From a virus: a DNA stretch of 64,000 nucleotides. The notes beneath the pieces are model-generated. The model ran no database searches, was not told where the DNA came from, and worked only from the letters and a program-made list of their open reading frames with translations. Below are positions 45,342 to 55,267 of the stretch, in pieces; the first letter of the stretch is position 1, and each line of letters begins with the position of its first letter. The stretch lies in IMG/VR virus record IMGVR_UViG_3300020599_000003, positions 64,001 to 128,000 of that record. One strand, written 5' to 3'. A program made the translations under genes and the position numbers.

Positions 45342-45683
45342 TTAGATGTTAATGGTGCGTTGTCGCGTGCTGCTCGCGGGAGTCTTCTGCGAGGCGATGT
45401 ACGCGTCTAGCGATTGCTTGGTGAACAGGTTGAGGGTGGCACCTGGATAGAGATCGGTGATCGGATCGATGATGCCATTATATGCCATGATGATATGGAA
45501 GGCGTTCTCATCGTTGTAGTAGCGATACGCGATGCCAGGGAGGTTCGCCAAATCAGCCTGCGTCAGTGTGATCCGTCGCATGAACTGGAGATTGTAGCGA
45601 ACATTGGAGTACAAGGTCGCGAAGGGCGACCGAGCAGTACCAGTGCTGTCTATTGGGGTGTTTTCGCTCCAACTATACGCCAT
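45342..45683 (-). CDS. Baseplate wedge gp53-like/LysM protein
   Basis: DLANLPGIAYRYYNDENAFHIIMAYNGIIDP...LYPG. Confidence 0.8.
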   Translation of the reverse strand: MAYSWSENTPIDSTGTARSPFATLYSNVRYNLQFMRRITLTQADLANLPGIAYRYYNDENAFHIIMAYNGIIDPITDLYPGATLNLFTKQSLDAYIASQKTPASSTRQRTINI

Positions 45684-45686
45684 GAC

Positions 45687-46712
45687 TTAGGTCCCCGCGA
45701 AGTAGTTCTGGAATTCGTTGGACTGATCGTCCACGTACAGCGGCGGGGGAAGGTCCGTGGCTTGGATGGAGCCTCCTGACCCCGGGAAAGCTTCCGGTGT
45801 GTACTCCGACTCGTAGTTCGGGTCGATGGTCTGCGTGGTGTCTGCCGTCCCGTAGACGTTATCGACGAGGTCTTCAGGTCGGATGTGGAAGATCTTCCCC
45901 AGATCCTCACGAGTGATGAGGAACATCGGCCGGAAGCGGAAGTCCACTTCGCAATACTGCATATATCCTCGGCTATCAGGCTGAGTATACACCGTCTTGC
46001 TGACGCTAAGCGGCACGATGTTGTCAAAGGTGATCTGCGTGCCGATGTCGATGGAAACCTGACTCGCCATCATGCTCTCGAGCCATGCACGAGTGCCGAA
46101 CGCAGCCGGCTCCGGGTCCTGTTGCGACGCGTTGACCGAGCCGCGAGTACCGGATTGGTTCTGGGCCGGATTGGTCTGGCTCTTCATCGTGGTCTGCGAT
46201 GCGAAGCCCTTCGGCTGGTTGAGAACCCCAGTCTGCTGAGCTTCGGGGCTGGTCGTGGACTGACCATTCATGTACCGGTCCACGTTCTCCTTGATGTATC
46301 CCAGCACCTTCTGGAAATCGATGCCACCCACCGGCGCAGTGAGCATACCGACCTTGTTGGTGCCTGCCGCGCAGAGCGACTCCAGTTGGTAGACCGGCAG
46401 CGTGACATCACGGTACGCATCCGTCTCCGCCTGGAAGACGAACTTGAGCGTGATGTCGTCGCTGGAGGTACCTGACCAGACCTGTGCAGTCATGGCTTGC
46501 CAGAGAGGCTTGGTGCCGAAGACGTTAAGTGCCTTGAGGAAGCCGCCCCCGAACAGATTGCCGAAGGCGGGCTCGTACTCAGCCGAGCTGTCGTACATGA
46601 ACTGCTCGGACAGATTGGCGTAGATGGCGAGATTCTTCGTGCCGCTACCATCCTTCACTATTTTTCTTATAACTGCGGTATACGCAGGATTGAATGTGTT
46701 TGGGGAGGCCAT
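45687..46712 (-). CDS. Baseplate tube-cap/initiator protein (gp48-like)
   Basis: AQVWSGTSSDDITLKFVF motif; synteny. Confidence 0.55.
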   Translation of the reverse strand: MASPNTFNPAYTAVIRKIVKDGSGTKNLAIYANLSEQFMYDSSAEYEPAFGNLFGGGFLKALNVFGTKPLWQAMTAQVWSGTSSDDITLKFVFQAETDAYRDVTLPVYQLESLCAAGTNKVGMLTAPVGGIDFQKVLGYIKENVDRYMNGQSTTSPEAQQTGVLNQPKGFASQTTMKSQTNPAQNQSGTRGSVNASQQDPEPAAFGTRAWLESMMASQVSIDIGTQITFDNIVPLSVSKTVYTQPDSRGYMQYCEVDFRFRPMFLITREDLGKIFHIRPEDLVDNVYGTADTTQTIDPNYESEYTPEAFPGSGGSIQATDLPPPLYVDDQSNEFQNYFAGT

Positions 46713-46715
46713 AGA

Positions 46716-47327
46716 TTACTTGTTCTCGGGGATGTTGTCGAGATTGTCCACCAGAGTGTCCATTTCTACCTTGACCAGATCCTCGCGCTCCAGGTAGGCG
46801 TTCACGCGCTCGATACGATCGTCCAGACCATTGGTGCCGCCGTTGATCGCTCTGGTCACACCGAGCGTGTCCCCGGCGCGAGCCATCTCGGGTATGCGAG
46901 GACGTTCCACTCGCCAGTACCAGAGAGCAGCCTGCACAGCGATGTCCGGTTGGGCCAGGAGGTCCGGGTTGTTGATGAGATCCAGACCCAGGAACTTGCC
47001 ACACTTCTCGTAGTTGGCGCGGCCCGTCATCTGGATGAAGCCCCGTCCACGGAACTTGTAGCCGTCGCCGACTTCGCTGTTGCCGAGGTTGAACGCGACG
47101 TAGTTGATGTCACCCGGCTTCAGGCCTGGACCCCACGGAGCTTTGAAGTCGCGCTCGTATTTGAGCTGTTGCTTGGTAGGACCCCAGATCTCATACAGGT
47201 AGACACCTTCCATGGATTCGTGCGCGAGCTGGCCCAGGAACTGAGCACGCTCTTTGGGGTCGAACATGCCCCCTTTGTTCATGCCGTCAACGAGGACGGC
47301 TTCAAAATTGAATTTCGGCTTTGCCAT
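46716..47327 (-). CDS. Glycoside hydrolase family 19 endolysin
   Basis: AQFLGQLAHES, GDGYKFRGRGFIQMTGRANY, AALWYW, TRAINGGTNGLDDR. Confidence 0.93.
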   Translation of the reverse strand: MAKPKFNFEAVLVDGMNKGGMFDPKERAQFLGQLAHESMEGVYLYEIWGPTKQQLKYERDFKAPWGPGLKPGDINYVAFNLGNSEVGDGYKFRGRGFIQMTGRANYEKCGKFLGLDLINNPDLLAQPDIAVQAALWYWRVERPRIPEMARAGDTLGVTRAINGGTNGLDDRIERVNAYLEREDLVKVEMDTLVDNLDNIPENK

Positions 47328-47340
47328 TGCTAGATCCTTC

Positions 47341-48666
47341 TTAGCGATTGGCGTCTACAACGACGCCGTTGGGTAAGCGGATGGGGTTCGGGGCTTGCTG
47401 AGGCTGCGCTTGAGGCTGAGGAGGAGGGTAGGCGGTAGCGTCCACTATAGGCTTCTGCACCTGCGCGTCGACCGCCTGTTGAGTTGCTTCTGCTACTGTC
47501 GGGGTTGCAGGTGGAGTTGCAGTGGTTGCTCCCCCATAGATGGCGGCATAACCAGCGGACCACGCCTCGAGCTTGGCCTTCGTGAGCCCCACGTACTCGC
47601 TGACGTACTCAGACTTACCATACAGGTTGTTCCGGACGTTCTTGCGAAGACCATCGGGCAGCTCGTCAATGCGCAATCCAGCGTTCGCGGCGTCGATGAG
47701 TGTCTTCACTGCGCCGGGACCTTGTTGGTGAGCGAGATACAGATTGGTGATGGTCGGGGCCACGCCCTTCGCCTTGAGGAACTTCACGTTGTCGAGGTAC
47801 AGACGAGCACCAGCATCCAGGTTGGCAGCTTCATCCATTTCCCGGCCCGCAATGCCGTACATCTCGGCAGTGGACGGGATGAACTGGAGCAGACCCTTCG
47901 CACTCTTCTCACCACGAGAGACGTTCTTGCCTCCGGATTCGATGGCGATATAGGTGAGAAAGTCCGCACGATCGATGCCGTAGCGGTCAGCGGTCTTGAT
48001 GCCGAGTGCCACGACGTGTTCAGGGAGCTTGGGACCCGAACCCATCTTGGCGGAAGAGACGGAGCCTCGGTAGTCCGTGCCAGTGCGACGAGCTTCGGAG
48101 AGGCCCAGATCCTGCGCGGTAGTCTCCACCGTGCGGAACTCGAACTCTCCTGCGTCTTCGAGACCAGCTTCCCTGTTCTTGATCGTGCGATACGCTAGAT
48201 AGGTCCCTACACCCGCAATTATGGCCCCAGACAGGATGGGGTTGGCTGCGATGAACGGCATGAGCAGCCGTATGACACTACGGAATCCGAACCAGACAAT
48301 CTTGACCATCGTCCGCACGAGGGCGGAGGTGATGCCCACTAGAGCGCGGATGACGCCTCGGCCTGCGTATATCAGGGCTTGGCCCATCGCACGGCCCAAG
48401 CCACCGACTTTGTCGAAGACCTCCACGGCTGTATCGAACCAACCTCCGTCCTCTTCGGCTACCGTAGCTAGGGCTTCTTGGCGAGCAATCATCACGCGAG
48501 CCAGAGCCTCGTTAGGGTTGTCTGAGAAGTCGTTGCGCTGTTCCGGGTGCTGGAACGCCCGACGGATGGACCGCTGAATGTTCTCGGGGGAGAGGGTCTC
48601 CTCGAAGAGTCCACTCCCAGGAGTCCCACCGAGCAGGAAGCCCGAGGCTACTGTCAGTGTGGTCAT
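47341..48666 (-). CDS. Tail-associated lytic transglycosylase (SLT domain) with TM segment
   Basis: IAIESGG, AKGLLQFIPSTAEMYG, LYLAHQQGPG; hydrophobic N-terminal third. Confidence 0.85.
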   Translation of the reverse strand: MTTLTVASGFLLGGTPGSGLFEETLSPENIQRSIRRAFQHPEQRNDFSDNPNEALARVMIARQEALATVAEEDGGWFDTAVEVFDKVGGLGRAMGQALIYAGRGVIRALVGITSALVRTMVKIVWFGFRSVIRLLMPFIAANPILSGAIIAGVGTYLAYRTIKNREAGLEDAGEFEFRTVETTAQDLGLSEARRTGTDYRGSVSSAKMGSGPKLPEHVVALGIKTADRYGIDRADFLTYIAIESGGKNVSRGEKSAKGLLQFIPSTAEMYGIAGREMDEAANLDAGARLYLDNVKFLKAKGVAPTITNLYLAHQQGPGAVKTLIDAANAGLRIDELPDGLRKNVRNNLYGKSEYVSEYVGLTKAKLEAWSAGYAAIYGGATTATPPATPTVAEATQQAVDAQVQKPIVDATAYPPPQPQAQPQQAPNPIRLPNGVVVDANR

Positions 48667-48673
48667 AGTGTTC

Positions 48674-50182
48674 CTATCGGATCATGTTGGACAGGGGGAG
48701 CAACGAGCTCCCTGAGTTGGGGACATAACCCTCACCCCCTCCAGCGGGAGGTAGCACTCGCTTCAACTCGGCATTGGCTATAGTGTTGCCTACACCGACA
48801 CGGTCATTCAGCTTGTCGCGACTGGCGGCCAGGATGATCTCAGGCTGCTTGATTTCCGCAGCGCTCATCTCGTTCTGGCCCTTCATGGCCGAGGTCGACG
48901 CGATGGTCGTGCTGGCGCTTGCAGGAGGAGTGGATGCCGACGTGTAGCCACCCCCTCCGCTGCCGGAAAGCGTAGCTTCGTCAGCCGCAGCTTGGCGGCG
49001 GGCCGCTTCAATCTTCTGCGCACGACGAGCGGCGCGCTCGCCCTGCTTACCGGCACGAGCAGCTTCCACATCCATCTGGTTGGCAGTGACTGCTCGCCAG
49101 ACGGCAGTGCCTTTGTCGCTCTCGCGGATGGCGTCAGCCTGCTTCTTCAGCTCTTCCGCCTTGGCGTTGAACTGGTCGGCTTCCTTCTCAGCCTTCTCCT
49201 GAGCTTCCCTTCGGTCGGCTTCCTGCTGGACGGGGTCCACGTCCTTGAACCCGAAGAGATCCTTCAAGTAGTTTGTGAACTCGTCAGCTTCCTTCTTGAT
49301 GAAGTCCCACGCCTGCCCCAGGAGCTTCTGGGCGTTATCAATCGTGAAGAAGTTGCCAATCTCGGCCAGCTTATCGTCGATCCACTTGCGGAAGACCGGG
49401 CTGAAGATGTAGGCCAGGCCGCCCAGCTTGGCGAGCTCGGTCAGGAGGTTCTTGCCTGCGCCCTTGGCCTTGCCGACGAAGTCGTCCTTGTACTCGTTAA
49501 ACTTGCGCCACCACTGAGTGGCCCAATTCTCGGTAGCCTCACGGTCTTCCTGCCTGCGAGCAGCTTCAGCAGCCTTCCCCTTCGGTGAGTCTGGGGAGGA
49601 CAGGATCTCGTCCAGAGAGGCTCCCCCATCTTCATAGGGGCCCTGACCCTCCTCAATCTCACGCAACACGTCTTCGACAGTCTTGCCGACAGCAGGCTTC
49701 TCCTTGGGAGTAGCCTTCTCTTTGACCTGGCCCTTGAGACGCCGGATCAGTTCGTCATACTGGGACTTGGCCGTGTCTACGGCCTCAGTGTACTGCTCTT
49801 CGCTGAACTGAGCCAGTGAGTCGTTGGCCGAGTCCACGAGTTCTTCGATGGCCTGGAGCAGATCAGAACTACGCTCCTGGTAGACTGCCGCAGTCACGTC
49901 CTTGACGAGCTGCTCGGTCTCCGCGTCGGTGAGCTCCTTGCCGCCCCTGGAACGCTTCTTGACCTCCGCGGCGATGCGCTTGTCTGCGGTAGTCTCGATG
50001 ATGTCAACCCCGCGCTTGAACACGTCGCCGGCGAGCTTACTGTATTGGTTGATCAGCTTCAATAGCCGATCCGTATCTGCCTTGGTAGCCGTTCCCTTCA
50101 AGACCTTGTCGATGGTCCCCGACTCGGCCTTAGAGAGTTCAGCCCACTTTGCAGCGGCTTTCGTGGCTGTATCTACCGCCAT
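48674..50182 (-). CDS. Tape-measure-like coiled-coil protein
   Basis: 502 aa from ATG 50182; Ala/Glu/Lys helical; follows the tail chaperones. Confidence 0.55.
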   Translation of the reverse strand: MAVDTATKAAAKWAELSKAESGTIDKVLKGTATKADTDRLLKLINQYSKLAGDVFKRGVDIIETTADKRIAAEVKKRSRGGKELTDAETEQLVKDVTAAVYQERSSDLLQAIEELVDSANDSLAQFSEEQYTEAVDTAKSQYDELIRRLKGQVKEKATPKEKPAVGKTVEDVLREIEEGQGPYEDGGASLDEILSSPDSPKGKAAEAARRQEDREATENWATQWWRKFNEYKDDFVGKAKGAGKNLLTELAKLGGLAYIFSPVFRKWIDDKLAEIGNFFTIDNAQKLLGQAWDFIKKEADEFTNYLKDLFGFKDVDPVQQEADRREAQEKAEKEADQFNAKAEELKKQADAIRESDKGTAVWRAVTANQMDVEAARAGKQGERAARRAQKIEAARRQAAADEATLSGSGGGGYTSASTPPASASTTIASTSAMKGQNEMSAAEIKQPEIILAASRDKLNDRVGVGNTIANAELKRVLPPAGGGEGYVPNSGSSLLPLSNMIR

Positions 50183-50284
50183 ATTGGGATACCCCTGGTA
50201 TGCCCCGCAAGACCCTCCGAAGCTCATGTAGGGAGCGCTTTCGGAGGGTTTTCGGAGCGGTTTTGAGAGGGTTTACGGGCCGCC

Positions 50285-50446
50285 CTATAGAGGCACCATG
50301 CCGTCCTCGATGGCCTTCTTACGGAGGTCACGCAAGGACTCAGCACGATTGGACATCCAGAACAGCTCGACTATAGGCATGGTGTCAGGCGGTTGCGACT
50401 TGAACTCCAGCATGTACAATGCTTTGCGTTCGAACAGAAGATCCAT
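50285..50446 (-). CDS. Small tail/hub assembly chaperone (gp51-like; possible frameshift extension)
   Basis: 53 aa from ATG 50446; the frame is open upstream through the end of the preceding gene. Confidence 0.5.
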   Translation of the reverse strand: MDLLFERKALYMLEFKSQPPDTMPIVELFWMSNRAESLRDLRKKAIEDGMVPL

Positions 50447-50450
50447 CCGG

Positions 50451-51590
50451 TCAAATGGGAAGAAACGAGCGGGCATCGAGCGTGATCTTGGATCGACGCT
50501 GATGCCCACACTCCGGACAAGTCACCAGAACATATTCGTCAGGGCCGTAGGACGTCGCGGCCTTTTCGAACTCCCCAATCTTCAGCAGCTCATCGTAGTC
50601 CAGGGTTTCCATGAACTCGATACGCCGAGCGAGCGGAGCGTCGGGCTCCCCTTTGATGCGGATGAGCGAGGCAGCACGACACATGTACTTCAGATCGGCG
50701 TTGTCCTCGTAATCCGGCTGGGCCAGAGCTTCCATGACGTCGATCATGAGAGCGGGCTTCAGTTCGAAATGCTCGAACTGGTACTGCGACATGTCGGGGG
50801 CGCTCCCCAAGTACTTCGTGTGGATGTTGGAGCGCGTGACCTGCATGGTGATCTGCAGCGACTCCGGAGCCTTTTTGCCTTGCTCGACTGCGAGCAGGTG
50901 TTCAGGGTTGTTGCACTTCGTCCGGTGCGTGAGGCTGGTCTTGATCTGGTTCAGGCGCAGGAAATACAGCACCCAATAGAAGTCAGGGATAGTCAGGTGG
51001 AAGGCCAGCGGCTTCTCCTGCCAGTTCGGATGCGACGTACCCAGAACATCGGACACGGCTTCCAGCAGATAGGCGTAGGACTGCGAGACATACGCCTCGT
51101 GCAGCTTGGCGAAGTGCGGGAGGCGGAACTTGCCGACGTACAACTCCTTGAACTCGTAGAATACGTAGCCGGACGGCAACTCCGCGATGGCGGTATCCGT
51201 ATCCTTGCGAGGTGTGTAGGTCGGTGGATCGAGAGGGACCGTGGGGCCTTCCGGGTGGACGATCTCCGTGGTCAGGGGCTTGATCTCCTGGGCTTCCTTC
51301 ATCCTTGCCGCGATGTGCGCCTGCAAGGCGGGGCTGATCTTGGGGAAGGGGCGTCCGGTGGCAGGATTGATCTCAGGCTGTTCGGCTTGAGAGGGTTCTT
51401 GAGAGGGTTCTTGAGGAGGTTCCTGCGTGGAGGCTCCAGGAGTCAGTCGTTGAGGTTGGCGCAGCGTCTGAGGTTCAGGCTCCGGCTGCTGGGGAGCACT
51501 CTCCTTCTGCCGGGTGAGAATGTTGTCAAGGTTGCGCTGGCGCGAGGCTGCGATGCCTTCTTGCGACAGATCGAACACTTGTCGGGTCAT
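50451..51590 (-). CDS. Baseplate hub assembly chaperone (T4 gp26-like)
   Basis: LAELPSGYVFY, LTIPDFYWVLYFLR, C-terminal CPECG zinc knuckle. Confidence 0.7.
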   Translation of the reverse strand: MTRQVFDLSQEGIAASRQRNLDNILTRQKESAPQQPEPEPQTLRQPQRLTPGASTQEPPQEPSQEPSQAEQPEINPATGRPFPKISPALQAHIAARMKEAQEIKPLTTEIVHPEGPTVPLDPPTYTPRKDTDTAIAELPSGYVFYEFKELYVGKFRLPHFAKLHEAYVSQSYAYLLEAVSDVLGTSHPNWQEKPLAFHLTIPDFYWVLYFLRLNQIKTSLTHRTKCNNPEHLLAVEQGKKAPESLQITMQVTRSNIHTKYLGSAPDMSQYQFEHFELKPALMIDVMEALAQPDYEDNADLKYMCRAASLIRIKGEPDAPLARRIEFMETLDYDELLKIGEFEKAATSYGPDEYVLVTCPECGHQRRSKITLDARSFLPI

Positions 51591-51629
51591 AGTCTTCTCG
51601 TAGTGTAGTTGATGGAACCTGACTAATAG

Positions 51630-52505
51630 TCAGAGCGGGATCCCCTGGTCTTGAGCGCCCGCGTCGATCAGGCCCGGAGCACCAGAGATGGTAACAAACA
51701 CGTCGTCGACACTGATGTCCACCGCATAGTTGACGAGGGTGTCCTTGGACGAGTCCAGAGAAATTTCAGCCACGTTTGTGATCCAGCACCCCGTGTAAGT
51801 AATGTACGCGACCTTGGAGAGGTCAGGGGCCAGGATGACGGCTGTGATGGGGCGCTTGATTTGAGCAGGCGCAGCCCACATGCCACCCCTCACGTTGGAG
51901 TTAGGGGGTGAAAATGGCACTAGCGGCGAGTTGTGCCATGCGTTCAGGTAGCGGAACGAGAGGCCCTGCGAATCCCCGTAGACCGTGAGCCGCATGTTGC
52001 CGACATCGTAACCTGCCGGATATTTCGCCTTCCGGCCGTTGCGGAAGATGGTGCGGGCCTCGTACTGGCGGAGTGGTAGAGTGGCCTCCAGGACGTATTC
52101 GTACCCGAGGCCAGTAGCACCAGACACTAGGCTGGAGGCTGAGCGGGTGAGCCCCTGAGTAACGTTTGCCGCCACGCTGGAGGCGAAGCCTGCGTTTGCC
52201 CCTAGGCCAGAGGCGAGGTCTCCAGCAGCGCCCCCGATTGCTCCCGCGACGCCACCGACTGCGCTCCCGATCATCCCGGTTCCGGACGAGATGCCGAAGT
52301 CATACCCCGGCAACTCGATGTACCACGTATGAGACAGAATCGGATCGGGGAGCTTGGTCGCGTCCTTGAAGGGATTGTAGGGGTTGAAGACGAGGTCGTT
52401 GAGAGAGGGGGCGCCGCCAGTGGTTAGATTCACGGCTGCACCAGCGACGTTGATGCCGGGGATCTTGCTGCTCAACCCCAAGGCTGTGTTCACGTCGAAT
52501 CTCAT
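51630..52505 (-). CDS. Tube-like baseplate initiator (gp54-like)
   Basis: 291 aa from ATG 52505; WYIELP, EATLP, KYPAGYDVGNMRLTVY resemble tube-fold proteins. Confidence 0.55.
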   Translation of the reverse strand: MRFDVNTALGLSSKIPGINVAGAAVNLTTGGAPSLNDLVFNPYNPFKDATKLPDPILSHTWYIELPGYDFGISSGTGMIGSAVGGVAGAIGGAAGDLASGLGANAGFASSVAANVTQGLTRSASSLVSGATGLGYEYVLEATLPLRQYEARTIFRNGRKAKYPAGYDVGNMRLTVYGDSQGLSFRYLNAWHNSPLVPFSPPNSNVRGGMWAAPAQIKRPITAVILAPDLSKVAYITYTGCWITNVAEISLDSSKDTLVNYAVDISVDDVFVTISGAPGLIDAGAQDQGIPL

Positions 52506-52678
52506 ACTGTACTCCAAGAAAAGAAGCAGGCCCAACCGACGTGCGACGGGATAAGGACCTGCCGAAAGCCGTGTAGAGGAGCATCCCGCCGAAGACTCCA
52601 ACGGCGCACGATGAGTAGTATCCTAGTAGGACTAGATTGTAATCCACTCAGTGACGTGGACGCATAGAGTCCATGCGA

Positions 52679-53131
52679 TCAAGTTCCGAAAAGAATCGCA
52701 ATCCCGCTCGGGCTGGTCGGAGCGAACGGGTTCGGGTTAGGTCTGTCGATTAGGTGCATCATCGTCGCGTCGCGCCCCTGCTCGCGGGGTGCTTCAGGGT
52801 TCATGTGCTTGCCGATGTCCACCGACTTGGTGATAGGGTCAGGCTTGCGCATGTTGATGACGATCTCCTGAGTGTCATCAGCGTCGGGCACATATTCAGG
52901 CTTGAGGTTGGTCTGATATATGAGCCACGTATTCGACATCTCCGGATCGTCCACGCGCTGGATACCGAGGTTGTCCAGCACGAAGTTGATCTGCTGGTCC
53001 GGGCAGGCTACCACGAGCTTGATTCTGCGAGTGGCACACCAGCCCTGGATGGAGATCAGATCTCGGTAGATCCGAGCCTTCACGGCGTCATTGAAGACGT
53101 CGTAGGCAATACCAAGGATTTCGGGTTTCAC
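52679..53131 (-). CDS. Hypothetical protein
   Basis: 150 aa; GTGA-coupled. Confidence 0.65.
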   Translation of the reverse strand: MKPEILGIAYDVFNDAVKARIYRDLISIQGWCATRRIKLVVACPDQQINFVLDNLGIQRVDDPEMSNTWLIYQTNLKPEYVPDADDTQEIVINMRKPDPITKSVDIGKHMNPEAPREQGRDATMMHLIDRPNPNPFAPTSPSGIAILFGT

Positions 53132-53391
53132 AGCTTCCTCCGCAAGCGAGAGGTGAGGGTGGAGTAGTCCTGGTCGTCAAGTTCGATAGCCTGCGCATTG
53201 ATGACGACAGTGTTCTGCAAGGCCGACACGAGGACCGAAGACCCCGTGCGCAGGATATGCCCCCGCACTCGAATCTCCGGCCCTTGGTAGAAGTAGGGAA
53301 CCGGAGCAGTCATTGCCAAGCGAGCACGTATCTGATTCAGAGTGGAGTCGTCGTGGTGGCTGGTCTTCAAGTGGTACATAGATCCTGTCAT
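53128..53391 (-). CDS. Hypothetical small protein
   Basis: 87 aa; contains TLNQIRARLAMTA. Confidence 0.6.
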   Translation of the reverse strand: MTGSMYHLKTSHHDDSTLNQIRARLAMTAPVPYFYQGPEIRVRGHILRTGSSVLVSALQNTVVINAQAIELDDQDYSTLTSRLRRKL

Positions 53392-55262
53392 CCGAGTTTG
53401 TGCTTGACTGCCCCCAACCTGGAGCTATTGCGCTTCATCAGGTCCAGTCGGTAGTTGGGGTCCTTGCTGGCAGTAGCAGCGATCTTCGCGATGTCCGCAT
53501 TGACCTTATGGCGCTTCTCTGCCTGAAGCATGGAAGGTACTGCTTTCCGCTTCCCGGTCCGAGTGTAGTCGTAATGTTCAGTGGGAACGCCGGGGAAACG
53601 AGCGAGCAGCGGAACCTTCGGCACATACTGGTCGTACTGCGACAGGGGGATGGTCGGCATGCGACGGTAGGAGGCTTCGGCGTGGTAATCGCCTTCGTCA
53701 GCGACGTCGTCGTAATCGCTGACCCCGAGGGAGACTTCGGAGTCGGTCTCGTGCGAGGTGTCCTTGCCAGTGATCTGTTCAATCTTCCGGCGAAGCAGGA
53801 CATCTTCATCCATATCGCGCAACAGGGCTTCCGGATCGATCTTCGCAGCGGCCATGTAGCGCAGCAGCGGGATGGGTACACCGTGCTCGGACGCCTTCTC
53901 CAGCATCTCGAACGTGTTAAACTCGTCCAGGGCTTGGAGGTCCTTCTTCCAGTGGACGCGAGGCATGATCAGGTTGGCCCGATCGTTCGCGTTGTAGAAA
54001 TAGTCCTCGAAGGTCTTGCTGCGCGTGAGGGTCGGGTCCTTGAAGAAGCCATTGATGATGGCAACCATCGGGAAGATGCGCTGGTAGAACACACGATGGG
54101 TGAGCTTCTCCCGGAATTCGTTCAGGCCCTCCAGGAACATGGAGTAGGACGATTCGTGCGCCTGGAAGGTCACACCGTCTGCGCCGAGGAACGCCTCAGA
54201 CACCCCGAGGGAGCGGAGCTTGTACTGGACGAGGGAGTCCATCACATCAGTCCACTTCCAGAAGTCACCACCCGGACGCAGGTCCGTAGCCTGGACAGAG
54301 TTGCGCGTCGTAACCCACCCACCAATGGGGTCCAGCTCGGCTGCCATGAACTGCTCAACGAGGGCGGCAAGCTCCTGGCCTGTGGGAGTCCAGTCGCTGT
54401 CGCCTGCCGTGACGTGTGTCATGGCACGCTGACGACGTTGCGCTTCTGTGAGAGTGCCACGGAACATGGCCTTCTCGAACAGATAGATGGGCAACAGGCG
54501 ATGCAAGAAGGATACGTACGGACGATCCGTCATCGGGCCACGCGGGATGAACAGCGTGGTTGCCGGGTTCAGATCGAAGCGCCCCGTGTTCAGCAAGTCC
54601 CGGAACGCCGCAGGCAGAGAGTTGATGTAGCGGAGGTTGTACTCGGAGTTGTTGTGCAGGAACTGACTGATCGCGTTCGACACCGTGACCTGGATGTTCG
54701 GGTCCTTGTTGAAGAACGGAGTGGTGCGCACCGAGCATTGCAAGGCATCGTGGATCATCGTGTCCGAGAAGCGCTTCTTGTACGCATCGTAGATCACCGT
54801 GCCACAGAAGAAGCCGTCCACAAGATGGGACCAGCCGATCTTCTGGAACATGCCCCGGAGGTTGAGCTGCGACACGGCATCCGTGTACACCCGCTTACGA
54901 TCCGGGTCGATGCCGTTCAGGTCGAAGTCCGAGAACGGGAGGTTCAGCATGAGGTCCACGACCGAGCCGCCGACGCTGTCGTACAGGTAGATGTCGCGCC
55001 AGAAGAAGTTCAGCGCGGCAGGGTCCGACAGATAGGGCTCAGCCGGGAGGATCCCTGTGAAGTAATACTGATACTGCGACGGCCACAGAGTGTTGACCAT
55101 CAGGTTCGCGCCGTTGCCCAGACCATTCAGGTTGCCGTTGCTCGGGGCCGCATCAGCAGTGAGCTGGTGCGGAGGTTTGGGCCGGAAGGTCGGCGACGAG
55201 ACAGGCTGTCCTCGCGAGGCTTGGTTGGAGGCTATAGCCCGGATGATGTGATCTTTCGACAT
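53388..55262 (-). CDS. Portal protein
   Basis: 624 aa; size, helical content, position and motifs (IYLYDSVGGSVVDLM, LGVSEAFLG) are consistent with a jumbo-phage portal. Confidence 0.65.
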   Translation of the reverse strand: MSKDHIIRAIASNQASRGQPVSSPTFRPKPPHQLTADAAPSNGNLNGLGNGANLMVNTLWPSQYQYYFTGILPAEPYLSDPAALNFFWRDIYLYDSVGGSVVDLMLNLPFSDFDLNGIDPDRKRVYTDAVSQLNLRGMFQKIGWSHLVDGFFCGTVIYDAYKKRFSDTMIHDALQCSVRTTPFFNKDPNIQVTVSNAISQFLHNNSEYNLRYINSLPAAFRDLLNTGRFDLNPATTLFIPRGPMTDRPYVSFLHRLLPIYLFEKAMFRGTLTEAQRRQRAMTHVTAGDSDWTPTGQELAALVEQFMAAELDPIGGWVTTRNSVQATDLRPGGDFWKWTDVMDSLVQYKLRSLGVSEAFLGADGVTFQAHESSYSMFLEGLNEFREKLTHRVFYQRIFPMVAIINGFFKDPTLTRSKTFEDYFYNANDRANLIMPRVHWKKDLQALDEFNTFEMLEKASEHGVPIPLLRYMAAAKIDPEALLRDMDEDVLLRRKIEQITGKDTSHETDSEVSLGVSDYDDVADEGDYHAEASYRRMPTIPLSQYDQYVPKVPLLARFPGVPTEHYDYTRTGKRKAVPSMLQAEKRHKVNADIAKIAATASKDPNYRLDLMKRNSSRLGAVKHKLG

Positions 55263-55267
55263 AGGTC

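Noticed and set aside
46640-47327. AT-rich 5' codons in several tail genes as horizontal-transfer signal
   Set aside because: They are confined to the first codons and are explained by selection for weak mRNA structure at translation starts.
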